A program made the translations under genes and the position numbers. The notes beneath the pieces were generated by a model. That model ran no database searches. It was not told the origin of the DNA and saw only the letters and a list, made by a program, of their open reading frames with translations. This document shows positions 1 through 12,060 of a DNA stretch of 64,000 bases, piece after piece; the first letter of the stretch is position 1, and every line of letters starts with the position of its first letter. This DNA is from Toensbergia leucococca (Eukaryota), in the NCBI GenBank assembly GCA_022813965.1, contig JALDZS010000009.1, forward strand, positions 186,001-250,000. The letters are read 5' to 3'.

Positions 1-289
1 TTCTAGAGCGGTAGAATGGGGGTAGCGGGTAAATTAGGTTTTCGTTGCTGGAGGTATAAGTCTCAGGACCTGAATGGAGGAAGTTCAAGGGATCTGAGTA
101 ATATATTGTAGAATAAGAATAAATGTCCGTCTAGATGGAGTACCACATAGGCATCGAGAAAGACGTGGTCTTAGATTGTAGTTCGTAGTTGAGATGTTAT
201 AGATCACTGTTTCGATTTGGCCTGGGCCCAATTCCGAAGAGAATCCATTTCCTGATAGATTCCAGGGACATCGCTTATCTTCACGGCCC

Positions 290-1539
290 TCATGTTGTCG
301 GGAACCAATCATTATCATCCCAATCTCCAAGATCGCCAACATTCTCGTCTCCAATATCGAGATCCCCTGTACCCCCTGTGGTAAACTCGCCGGGATCATA
401 CATGTCATCGAAACTTGATTCGATTAGCGCTGCGTCACTAGGACCCTGAGCGGCTGTCGGCCCAATTTCCATACTAGTGGCTTGCGGGACCATGGCAGGA
501 TTCTCGAATGATGTCGTTGTAGGCAGTACATCAATCATTGAAAAGTCTTCTCCTGCATTGACGTAATTTTCCAAGCCAGGTAAGAGAGTATTGATATCTT
601 CATTTGATGTAGAGTTGAGATTCCCTATGTCAACAGCATCGTTATTTAAGACGTTGAATGAATTATCATCCAACATTTCTTGGCTGATATTAGCATCGAT
701 GGAAAAGTCAAGGTCAAAGTCTGTGTCCCCAGTGTTAGTAGTATCCAGAATGGACTCAAAGGTGGCATCTTCGAGGTCTCCCGTGGCAGGAATTGTCGAT
801 GACTGCTCTGGTACAGTGGCAATCTCTCTGGTATCTCGCTGGGTATTTGGTAAAGCACCTTGTGTAGTTGCCGTCGAAATCGCATCGATGGTTTCCGGAA
901 GCACATTAGGTTCATAGGTAGATTCGAGATTGTTTTGAGCCATGGTATAGGACGCTTTTGTGGGCCTGGCGATATTGGGATCATGCGCATGAGGTTCCTG
1001 AATGCCCTCCATTGCGCTTGGCTCTACATCCTCGGACTTTCCAGTGTCCATATCATTGTCAACTTTGATATGTCCTGTTACGCTGTCCTTGCTGAGTTGT
1101 TTTTCTTTCTTGGCGTCACTAGAGCTGCGTGCTTTCATGACACCTGCAGCTCGCTCCCGTTCCGCACGTCGTTCTCTAATAAGTGCTAGATCCCGTTCTA
1201 TAACCGACTTTGCTCGCACCTAGAACAACGATTAGCCGATAGTGCAATACAAGACAGGACTGTGGTACTAGTAGGGCTTACAATCTCAATTTCAATCTCA
1301 TCTAGAACTTCCTGAAACTTTCGATCAGCTGATGGGATGACCCGATTGATATGCTCCTTTGCGAACAAAGTATTCTTGGGATCGTGCAAGGAAGGGTTAC
1401 GGAAGAATTTGCCAGTTTCTTTGAGCTACATTCCAGTCAGTATTAGGTGTTATATTATGTACTCGATGATACTCACTACATAGCCCAGTACCATTGGCAG
1501 CACGTCGAGGGGCCTCCCTAATGTTTGAAGTTCCGTCAT
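290..1539 (-). CDS. Hypothetical protein (~378 aa, 3 exons): helical N-terminus plus long acidic low-complexity tail; possibly Mediator tail subunit-like
   Basis: Exons 1539-1477, 1425-1282 and 1219-290 join in phase 0 through GTGAGT..TAG and GTAAGC..TAG introns, giving MTELQTLGRPLDVLPMVLGYV/LKETGKFF...LDEIEIEI/VRAKSVIERDL. Function is a guess from architecture. Confidence 0.7.
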
Positions 1540-2446
1540 GATCAGGAGCAGGAAGTGGCCAGAATAAGGAATGGGGATTAAAGATGGTGGTGGAGACGAG
1601 GTTATGGATGACCTAACTAATGCAGTCTTTTTGAGGATGACTTCCTGGCTTCCCAGCGGACCTCGGCCGTTCGGGCCGAAGATATTCTATTCTCTTCTAG
1701 ATAAATAGACGAGGAAGTTAAAAGCAGGAGTCGCACAGTTCTTTCACTCCTCAATTTGAATATGAGAGTTGATGTCGATGAATTGGGAAATGAATCCAGC
1801 ATCACTAGAGCTCATGGAGCACCGTATAAAGGTCACCATGCTGTCCCTTCCGGTGCATCATGCTCCAACCATCCTCCAACACTTCTCACACTGTCCAACA
1901 TCCTTGGCATTCGCCATTTAGGGCGGCGACTTCTTTTAGCGCTTCTTCGTAACCGAGTGGGACTAAGGATCCTGACCTCGAAACCACAACTTTCCTCTTC
2001 TTCAACTTGTCCATCCCCATCCATCGCATTCGCCATTTCTATTGAGAGGCGTGTTCATTTGGAGCTCTTTCTCTCTCTCTTTTCCCTCCTCTCTTTTTCC
2101 CTTTCTCCTTGAGTCCTGTCTGCTGTCGTCTTTGAGCCCAGTCCTGTCTCTTGCACATTCGACTCCACGGCTCTTCTTTTGCAGTCCTCGTAGCTTTATC
2201 CTCAACGATTCGCCCAGACCTTAGGGAAGGCAGCTGCTCATCGAACATATATTACCCGAGCTCTATACGCCTTTCAACACCATCTCCATTGACATTGGCG
2301 TTCATCATCATCAGCCTTCCTTCGTCTGTTGCTCGCTCATACATTCTATAAATCGCAAGGACTAATTTTTTTGCTTGGGCTTCGTCGAGCCGCTTATAAT
2401 TATTCTTGCTGTTCTTCCACTTAATAGCAGCTCCAACACATTTCAG

Positions 2447-4431
2447 ATGGCCGAAATCGATTCAATGTCATCTTCGTCAAATCTCCCATCCCTGCTCCAG
2501 ACCTCGGCGGGTGCCCCTGGGTACGAGAATGGCCCTACTAATGGCCAAGGCAACCCAGCTCATATGCCTCCGCCGCCACTGCCTCCGGTTGTCATTCCGC
2601 AAAATACAAATCCCATTCCAACAGCCATCACCTCGCCAATCTCGGGTCAGTCCAGTGGGATGATGTCGCCAGGAAGCGCTGGGAGCTTTGTGCGCCGTGC
2701 TGCACCAGAACCTAACAAACGGGCTTTGTATGTTGGAGGATTAGATCCGAGAGTTACTGAAGATGTGCTTCGACAGATATTCGAAACTACTGGCCACGTC
2801 CAAAATGTCAAAATCATACCTGATAAGAATGCAGGTGCTGTAAGTACCGAATTTCTTTAGTCGCAATATTCGGTTGTGTCCAACGCTAGCGCTCCCCTTT
2901 CCGGTGTATCAGTCTAGCTAGGGTATCTTGTTCTCCGTCAGCTTAGCACTTGGACACTACCAGTATGAAAATCTACTACCTCCTGCGTTCTCCCAAGATG
3001 TCTTGGATCCCGAATCCCCAAGCTATTGTTTTCAAGACGAACGCCCCATTTCATAGTTTCCTCAATCCGTCTGCTGCCACTTTCTTCCCAGTAACCAATT
3101 CCTTCCGCGTCAACCCAACCCTCATTTTCTACAGAATTCCTGACACATCACAGGATCAAAGCAAGGGTTTCAACTACGGATTTATCGAATATGACGACCC
3201 TGCAGCAGCCGAGCGCGCTATGCAAACACTCAACGGCCGAAGAGTTCACCAGGCTGTAAGACCACGCCTTCAACTCGAAATATAAAAACGTCAACTAATG
3301 CGTGATTGCAGGAAATCCGCGTTAATTGGGCATATCAATCCAATAATTCTAGCAAAGAAGATACATCTAACCACTTTCATATTTTCGTTGGAGACTTAAG
3401 CAACGAAGTGAACGACGAGGTTCTCCTCCAAGCTTTCTCCGCCTTTGGTTCCGTATCCGAGGCTCGCGTCATGTGGGACATGAAGACTGGTCGTTCCCGT
3501 GGCTATGGGTTTGTTGCATTTCGCGATCGTGGTGATGCCGAAAAGGCTTTGAGTTCTATGGATGGCGAGTGGCTTGGTTCACGTGCAATTCGCTGCAATT
3601 GGGCCAACCAAAAAGGTCAGCCATCGATATCTCAGCAGCAAGCAATGTCTGTAATGGGAATGACACCAACTACTCCATACGGACATCACCACTTTCCTAC
3701 TCATGGCGTTCAGAGCTATGACATGGTTGTTCAACAGACTCCCCAATGGCAAACTACCTGCTATGTAGGAAATCTAACCCCTTATACCACTCAGAATGAT
3801 CTTGTTCCACTATTCCAGAACTTTGGATACGTCGTCGAAACGAGGTTCCAGTCTGATCGCGGCTTTGCTTTCGTCAAGATGGATACTCATGAGAACGCGG
3901 CCATGGCAATATGTCAGCTTAGTGGTTACAATGTCAACGGTCGTCCTCTGAAATGCAGCGTAGGTGCTTCCAAATATAACGCTAGCTACCTTCATAATTA
4001 ACTCTCTATAGTGGGGTAAAGACCGTCCGCCTACCGGTCAGTTTGACGGATATTCGCCACAGCAGAGTCAGACTCCAGGATACTCTCAAGCTTCCCCTGG
4101 ATATGGATTTCCTCAATATGGTGGTCCAGGTCCCATGACTCCCCAAGGCGGACCTCATTCTTCCACATCTGCGAATCAAATGTCGGGATATCCAAACAAT
4201 CATCAATCTCCTTTGGGGCCAAGCCCTGGTGGGCGCGGTTGGAACCAATCTCAAGGTGGCTTTGGTGGTCCGGGTATGCCTCCTCAAGGGTATGGGAATA
4301 TGCAGATGCCAGGTAGTGGTGGCGGCTATGGTCGTGGTGAGCAGAATTCTGGAGGCGGATGGGGTCCACCGAGCACGAGCGGATTTCCAATTAACGCTGC
4401 GAGCAATAATTACGGAGCTTACCAGGGATGA
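2447..4431 (+). CDS. PUB1: TIA-1/Pub1-like poly(U)/poly(A) RNA-binding protein, 3 RRMs plus Q/G/P-rich tail
   Basis: RNP motifs LYVGGL/KGFNYGFIEY, IFVGDL/RGYGFVAF and CYVGNL/RGFAFV. Exons 2447-2839, 3154-3255, 3312-3959 and 4012-4431 with GT-AG introns. Confidence 0.92.
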
Positions 4432-5391
4432 TCTGTACAATGCTTGACGCGGCGTTTTCTCGCAGCACTCATCTCTTGCGCTTACTTGTCTGGGTTTATC
4501 TGCCATGACAAGACTCGATGGTTTGGTACAGGCAAGCAGGAGCTATTTCGACTAAGCTATCGGCATGTCTCCTCAGGAACATGCTGTATCGCTCTAATCT
4601 TCGTTGTTGGCGGTTAATTTCCAATTTCAAGTTCGTGTGTCTGTGGATCAGGATAGTTTTTCTCTTTGGTGACTACAACATGTCGTCGTACAAAAAAGTA
4701 TGGTGTATTTTGTTTTGTGCAGAGACAGGCAAGGATTGTGTATGGAAATATTGTTGTTGGGAGTCAGTCACGAATGACGAATTCCCTATCCTTCTCCTGA
4801 GCAGTCTACTCGGTGTCGTCACGGCTCTTCAATACCCACGTGTACTTTCGTCAAATCTCCAATGTTTACTGCAATGTCATAGGCTTAGTCTATCAACTTC
4901 CAACTGCATCCAATTGAGGTTGTTGTTACCGTGAATAAGCCGCCCAGAATCATCTGTATCATTAGATTTTAAGCGACATGGAGTGCCTCGTGATGTTTTC
5001 AAAGTCTATATTGCAAATATTCTACACTTATACTCCGTAGGTATCTATGGATTGCGAAGAAATGTTACCTGAGCCTAAGTTGTAGACGCGCTACGGAGTA
5101 CTTACCTAGTTTAGCTTCATTCTCGCGATCAAGATAAAGAATATAAATCCGTACGCGAGGCGAACATCTACATAACAAACATGCATCACTGTCCATTAAT
5201 CTCACTCAACAGGCATCCAATCAATCCTTCCTCATCAGTCTCTGCACATACTGGCTAGCCTTCGATCCGGACTGGCAGTGTTATACTCCAGATTCCCTCC
5301 TCCGGTCCTCTCTTCCCGTATCCCTTCTTGTAGCCTACGCTGCAACCTACGCTACTTCACAACGTCCAATGTGCTGTCCTTGACCGACGTC

Positions 5392-8165
5392 ATGCTGGCC
5401 AAGGCATTGCATGAGCACACTGCGGCTCCTACACAGAAAGCTCCGACTCTATCCCAACAACTGTTCCCTTCCAGCAGTCCCATAGCAGAGCAGGCTGGGT
5501 TTAGAACTGGCTCGCAGAAAACAACACCCCCCGCACGCCATTTACCGAGCTCTGGTAATATCCTCAGACCAAGCTCCTCTGCTGTACTGAATGGCTCTCG
5601 TGGAGCTTTGCCATTTTCGAGTAATCCATTGAAACGTACCGCTGCACAAGCTATCGGCACAGACAGATCGCTGAGCAGGCAAGACCTAAAAATGAGCAGG
5701 CAAGATTCAACAAAAGGGAACGACAGTGCTGTTCGTTTACCGCAGACATCAATGGGGGGAGGAAGGGTTGGGAAATTGCACGATGCCGTTTATTTTGACG
5801 AGAATGACTTCGACGATGATCAGGATCTGGACCTAGATGGGGAGGCTCTTCCAACTTCCCATAACGGCCGCGCTCTCTCATACTCATCCCCCGAGAAATC
5901 ACGGGCCGAGTCTCAACATGTGACACCGGAGAAGAAGTTTGACGTTAGCAGTATGCCGCTACCTTGGTCGTCATCGCCACCAGAGCATAAGGCGACCCAA
6001 TCTAAAGCAGAGTCACGGCATCAACCAAGCCTCTTTATCGAAGGGAATGTTACGTATCCGGTCTTGAAGAATCCTCCACCAAGCTCAGACCCTCCTGTCT
6101 CTCGCCCGAACAAACGTCGGACGTTTCCTTGGCTTGATAATGACGGCCAGGCTGTGGGTGAAAAGCCTCGTGAGACCATTCAGGACTACAACGAAAGACA
6201 AACGGGTCGCGCCTCAAAAAAGAGAGGTGAAGACTCAGATGAAGCCAAGACATTCAATCATCATCGTGGGCCAGATAACCCTAAAGGATATAGATATAAA
6301 AACATGAAAAGTGGCGCGGCTGATTCGTTCACTCCACTTCCAAAGGACCAATCGAATTCCGCATACCCTTGGAACAAGACTGCAAGTGCTGTGAAAGAGG
6401 AGCAAAAGAAGCTACGACAAGCTAACAAAAAGCTCATGAAGTACGGTGAAACTAGCGGAGATGCCAAGGCTGCTTCTGTATTTAAAAAGCCAAGCGTAGC
6501 TCGGGTGTTTCTCAGTGATGAGCAGAAAAGGGTCCTTAATCTTGTCGCTGAGGAGAAGAAGAGTGCATTTTTTACCGGTTCTGCCGGTACAGGAAAGTCT
6601 GTTTTACTGCGTGAGATCATCAAGGTGCTTCGAGACAAGTTCAAGCGCGAACCAGATCGTGTTGCCGTTACGGCTTCAACTGGGCTCGCAGCGTGCAATG
6701 TCGGAGGCGTTACGCTTCACAGCTTTGGCGGTATAGGACTCGGGAAAGAAGCTGTTCCTGAGCTCGTCAAGAAGATCAAGAGGAATATCAAAGCCAAAAC
6801 TCGCTGGCTGCGGACCAAAGTTTTGATTATTGATGAGATCTCTATGGTGGATGGAGACTTGTTTGACAAATTGGAAGGCATTGCACGCATTATCCGAAAT
6901 AACGGTAGACCTTTTGGCGGTATTCAACTTGTCATCACAGGGGACTTCTTCCAGCTGCCTCCTGTACCTGATAGTGGGAGAGTCGCCAAATTTGCTTTCG
7001 ACGCAGCGACATGGAATACGTCGATTGAACACACAATTGGATTAACTCAAGTGTTTCGGCAAAAGGATCCAGGTAAGCTCTAGAAGCTAACTACGGTACA
7101 CAGGCCAGAGCTAATTTACAAAGTTTTTGCGAATATGTTGAATGAGATGAGACTCGGAAAGCTTTCTCAAAAGTCCATCAATACTTTTCGTGGTCTCAAT
7201 CGCCCGTTGACATTCACAGATGACTTTGAAGCTACCGAGTTGTACGCAATGTCATCTCCTCAAGCCAGCAAGCCTTATATCGCTGACATTTTCGTAGATT
7301 TCCAACCCGGCATGAGGTTGACAACGCTAATAACCTGAGGATGAGGAACTTGGGTGGTGATTCTTGGAATTTCAAGGCAGAAGATAGCGGCTCAATTCAA
7401 GACATTTCCCAGCGAGAGAAGTTGCTATCCAACTGTATGGCTCCACCGTTGATTACGCTGAAAAAGGGAGCCCAGGTGATGCTAATCAAGAATATGGACG
7501 AGACGCTGGTGAACGGTTCTCTCGGAAAAGTCATTGCTTTCATGGATGAAAAGACATTTGATATTTACCATGAAGATGAAGACGAATTCCAGGCTGTAGA
7601 GACAATGGACCTAGACGAAGAAGGCATGACGCGCTCTCGAATGAAGCTCAAGGCATTAATCAACAAAGACCTGATCGGCAACACAAGCCAAAAGTGGCCA
7701 CTTGTCCGTTTTGCCATAGGCGATGGTAGTACTAGAGACCTACTATGTCAGCGAGAATCTTGGAAGATTGAGCTTCCAACGGGAGAAGTGCAAGCGTCTC
7801 GGTCGCAGATACCATTGATTTTGGCATGGTCATTGTCCATACACAAGGCTCAAGGGCAAACTTTGGAGCGTGTGAAGGTAGATCTAGGCAAGATATTCGA
7901 AAAAGGGCAAGCGTACGTTGCGTTGAGTCGTGCGACATGCCAAGAAGGACTGCAGATCTTGAGATTTGATCCCAAGAAAGTCATGGCCCACGAGAAAGTC
8001 AGGGAATTTTATGATAGCCTATACAGCATTGACAAGGCTACCAAATCCAGGACTCAGGGAAGCTCGAAGAATACAACCGAAAGAAAGGATGATTATCAAG
8101 TGGACTTTTTGCAAGCGGACAGCGCATTTGACGACGAGGATGCTCTGCAACAGATGTACGGATGA
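5392..8165 (+). CDS. PIF1: Pif1-family 5'-3' DNA helicase (first in-frame ATG 5392; probable upstream non-AUG extension)
   Basis: Motifs FFTGSAGTGKS, IIDEISM, GDFFQLPPV, FRQKD, LSIHKAQGQTL and YVALSRA. Introns 7073-7123 and 7242-7297. Confidence 0.95.
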
Positions 8166-8605
8166 TGTCCGACCACTTTTGTGTAGTATTTGTACGCATT
8201 CACAGAGGCATTGTTCCCCAATGAGATCAGACATTCGCGAAGGAGCCAAGGTCCGACATAACTCTGTAGAGTATCCTAAATAGCATTGCGTACCTGTTAA
8301 ATTCGGAAGAGTAATGTCTACGAGCCCATGTCCTATTACAGCACGAGAGTACCTAGTGTTACTCCGTAGTCAGATTCCAATTTTCAACTGAAAAGCCTCG
8401 TCAATAGAATCACAACGTGGGTAGAATATTTTAGCGTAGCTCGTGCTTGTCACAGTGTTGGTCAGCGTGGTCAGGTACTCGTACTCCTTATTCAGCGAGC
8501 TTCAATCCAGGGCTCAATTCACCCGGAGAAAAAGTATTCATTGGGTTTGTATGTGTTCCCATCACTTACAGCTCTCACCCGATATGCTATTCATATCATC
8601 TCACC

Positions 8606-11016
8606 ATGGCGGCTGAGTTCATTGGAGTGACAGTCCTGGTGACTTTGAAAGATCCACCCGACACCAGAATCCAGGGCATTGTTCAGCATGTTGTCCAGCA
8701 GCAATTGACCTTGAGTGAAGGTCAGTAAAGCCAAGAGATGTCAATGGCAAACCACCATGTACTGATGAGACCTTTCAGTCACTTGGCTAGATTCAGACCG
8801 CCGTCGAACATCGTCTTTCGTTGTTCAAGGAACGAATATCCATGACCTTGAGGTTATTCCCAACGTTATCCCTACCGCTCCTCCGCAGTCGCTCGAGCAG
8901 CATTTCGACGACCCTGCTATCCTCAGCTATAGCAAACCATCAACGAGTAATGGTCGTGCGGCATCCGGCTTTTCCAATGAAGAGCTTCCAATTACACCGC
9001 AAGAGCTACGCTCCGAGGCGACCAACACTGCCTATACTCATGCTAGACCAATCACATTGCTCGAACCTACAGTATCCAATGAGGCAGGGAAAGAGGGGCA
9101 ATCGTCCTTGACAGAGGCCGTACGAGAGAATTCCAATTCTCTAGCAACTGCTACGCTTACACGTCCATTCGATGAGCTCTCAATCAACGGCAATCTTTAT
9201 GACAATAGGACATTCGATGATAATGGCATCGGCCTAGAAGAGGCGCAAGAAGAGAACGTGATACAGGAAAAACAGATAGTCCAGCCTTTGGACTCTACTG
9301 TCAAGAATCCGGGAAAGCGGACTAGGAGAGGCGCAAAGAATAAGGCGGCTAGAGACCCGGCAACTAAGACACCCGCAGCTCATCTACCTGCTTTTAAAGA
9401 TGCAGAGTCTTCTCCTAAGGCACTTCGGAAGCATGATCAAAGCAGTAGGTCCAGAGGCTGGCGGCAAACGCCTCTCACGGAAGACGCCTCGCTAGGAAAT
9501 CTATCATCATCCCATACTGCTGGCAACGCATCGTGGCACATGAACGTATTCCCAAATAAGAACAAAAGCCGACATCAGCGTATCAAGACTAGCGAAGACC
9601 AGAATGGATGGGCGACGGAAGAAGCTACAGACATACAGGATATGGGTGATTTTGATTTCGAGGCCAATCTGTCAAAATTCGACAAACGCACAGTGTTCGA
9701 TCAGATCAAGCATGATGATACTACTACCGACGAAGCGCGTCTGGTTAGCTTCAATCGCCTACCTCCGCGGCCTGGCACAACTGGGGGCAAGAATTTACAT
9801 TACACGGAAAATGTCCTTGATTCGCCGCAAGCAAACTCACCTGCCTTCTGGAATAGCGAAGCTAGTGACAGCGAGAGAAAGTTTAGCGACACGAAAATCA
9901 GTAGTGGTCGAAGCTCGCGAAGGAATATCTCCCGCACTTCTATTAGGAAACCTCCTTCGCGCAAAGGCAGCGCTATGGCTAGTGGCACTCAACACACGAC
10001 AAGTTCTGGTCTGCTACCAGATGCAAGAGCGCGATACTCTTCTTTTGATCAGACGGGAAGTCCAAAACCCAAACCTAAATCTCCCCAGGTTGGCTCCTTG
10101 GCCGACACATTCAAAGCGTCTCTTAGAATAATCAAATCAAGCCGAGCTTGCCCCTGTATAACTCCATTACAGATGCTTGAGCTTGAACAGCTTGCGATGT
10201 CTGAGCTTGGCCTGACGGAAGACATGATGACTGAGAACGCGGCCCGCGGGATTGCCGAGACTGGGCACAAGGTACTGACTCTGAGTGATGCTGCGGGTCG
10301 AGACCATCTCAGCCTTTCTCCAAGTATCGTGATTCTAGCAGGCAACAACAAAAGCGGCGCTCGAGCGATCGCAGGGGGCAGGCACCTTCGCAATCATGGT
10401 GCTCGAGTTGTCATCTGCGTTTTGGGACTCGAGCGAGAAGAAGATCTGTTGGAAAGCGTGAGACGGCAGCTGAGTATCTACAGGAGCAGTGGCGGAAAGG
10501 TGACAAAATATCACGCGGTGTCGCAGGTATTAAAACACATACATGCACCAATGGAACTCGTAATAGATGCGCTGTTGGGTATGCACATGTCGTTTGATGA
10601 TCTGAGAATCGACGATCAAGCCGTTTATTTCGAGCTGGCAAGCTGGGTTAAGAATAGCGGGATCAGTGTTTTGGCTATTGACGTGCCATCAGGTCTAGAC
10701 GCCTCTAGTGGTAACGAACCTCTTCTTCTGCTCGTCTCGAACCATGTTGACGACAAAGCACATAGGCACAGCTACAATCACCGATGGCACTGACCTCATG
10801 ATTCCTCCCAATTTTGTGCTCTCCCTTGGAGCTCCGAAGACTGGGCTACTAACCGCGTTAGGCAGCGATCCCCTATACGAGCACTGGAAACTCCTCGTTG
10901 CTGACATCGGCATCAGCAACACTGCTTGGAGAAAGTTCGGTACACGGCGGAGGGTTGGTGTTGATTTTGGGAGGGAATGGGTAGTCGGTTTGCGGTATCA
11001 GGGCGGTGCTCAATGA
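8606..11016 (+). CDS. EDC3: Enhancer of mRNA decapping 3 (LSm + FDF + YjeF_N domains)
   Basis: N-terminus MAAEFIGVTVLVTL; FDF motif DFDFEANLSKFDK; YjeF_N motifs AGNNKSGARA, IDALLG and IDVPSG. Introns 8721-8778 and 10711-10765. Confidence 0.92.
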
Positions 11017-11366
11017 GGGCATCTTATCTTTCACTTAGTCTAGGTCATTTACAGGCTATTTCTGTTACGAGAAAGGGGGTAGGGAATTTTCTTCTTTATT
11101 TTTGGAGAATAGCTAAGCTTATCCCAGCATCATAGACATTGGCGTCATAGACTTGGTAGAGGGTCCAAAAGAGCTCCATGGCATATTCAAGCTAAAGAAT
11201 GTAGTTCTTCGGTCATATTATGCCTGGCCTCAGGGGGGCACAGGATAATCGTCAATCCGTACCTGGATTTTACATTGATCCTCTTCCCTCTCATCATTGA
11301 GCCCATCCCCGTCTATGGCACTCTTCTCGTTGCAGGTGGCTTCTGACTTACTAAGGCTACCGAACA

Positions 11367-11819
11367 CACTGATTACCCCTTTTTGATCCGTTGACACGCC
11401 CTTATCTGAAGGAAATATGTTGTTTTCTTAGGGACGTGTTTTAAGTCTACTCGTAGATGATCGTGAGAAGCCACCCGTGGTAAGGGTAGAAGATTTTTGT
11501 AGGGTAGCGATACACTGACATTCCCTTCTTGAGGCTGTCACGGTTCCACCGAAGTGTTTGATGGATCACCTTTGGGATAGGGCTGGAGTCAGGTCTGCTA
11601 GTCATGTGACTTACTGAGCAAGCGGTTTATATCAATCCGGTGCGTAGATTTATCTTTCCTACTGACATGCCTATTTAAAACATTTCTTCAAAGCAAAACA
11701 CTTTCTTGAGCATGGATGAAAGCAGCATGTTTTGCTTTGAAAAAGACATGCTTTCTTCAAACAGAGCAAGTTTCCGTCAGATACGGAGAGGTGTCAATGT
11801 ATCAAAAGGGGTGTTAGCG
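11367..11819. mobile_element. MITE-like non-autonomous DNA transposon remnant with degenerate ~55-bp terminal inverted repeats
   Basis: CACTGATTACCCCTTTTTGATCCGTTGACAC..TATCTGAAGGAAA (11367-11415) matches the reverse complement of TTTCCGTCAGATA..GTGTCAATGTATCAAAAGGGGTGTTAGCG (11771-11819), which is followed by TA. No ORF inside. Confidence 0.6.
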
Positions 11820-12060
11820 TATCAAGAGCCATTTTGTGACGCATAGCTGGTTTCAACTGATTAGGCGCTTATAGCCCAACCTAGTATGTGCAAGAAGACA
11901 AGAGATGCGAAGACATAAGGACCAAGAATCCTACTAAAAGTTCCAGGCATATGATCTGTCCTTCGCTGCAGCCCGCATGCGCTAACGTGGAAACTCTCAC
12001 TTCTTTATGAATTTGCCAAGTTACCGCTCATGTGCCTCGGATTCTTGAATTTCCTGAGAT

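Noticed and set aside
1617..2351. Several short ORFs between the first gene and PUB1
   Set aside because: CT-rich promoter/5' UTR sequence that gives low-complexity translations.
8447..8605. In-frame upstream extension of EDC3
   Set aside because: Unlike PIF1, it lacks targeting-peptide composition, and the ATG at 8606 has strong context (CACCATGG).
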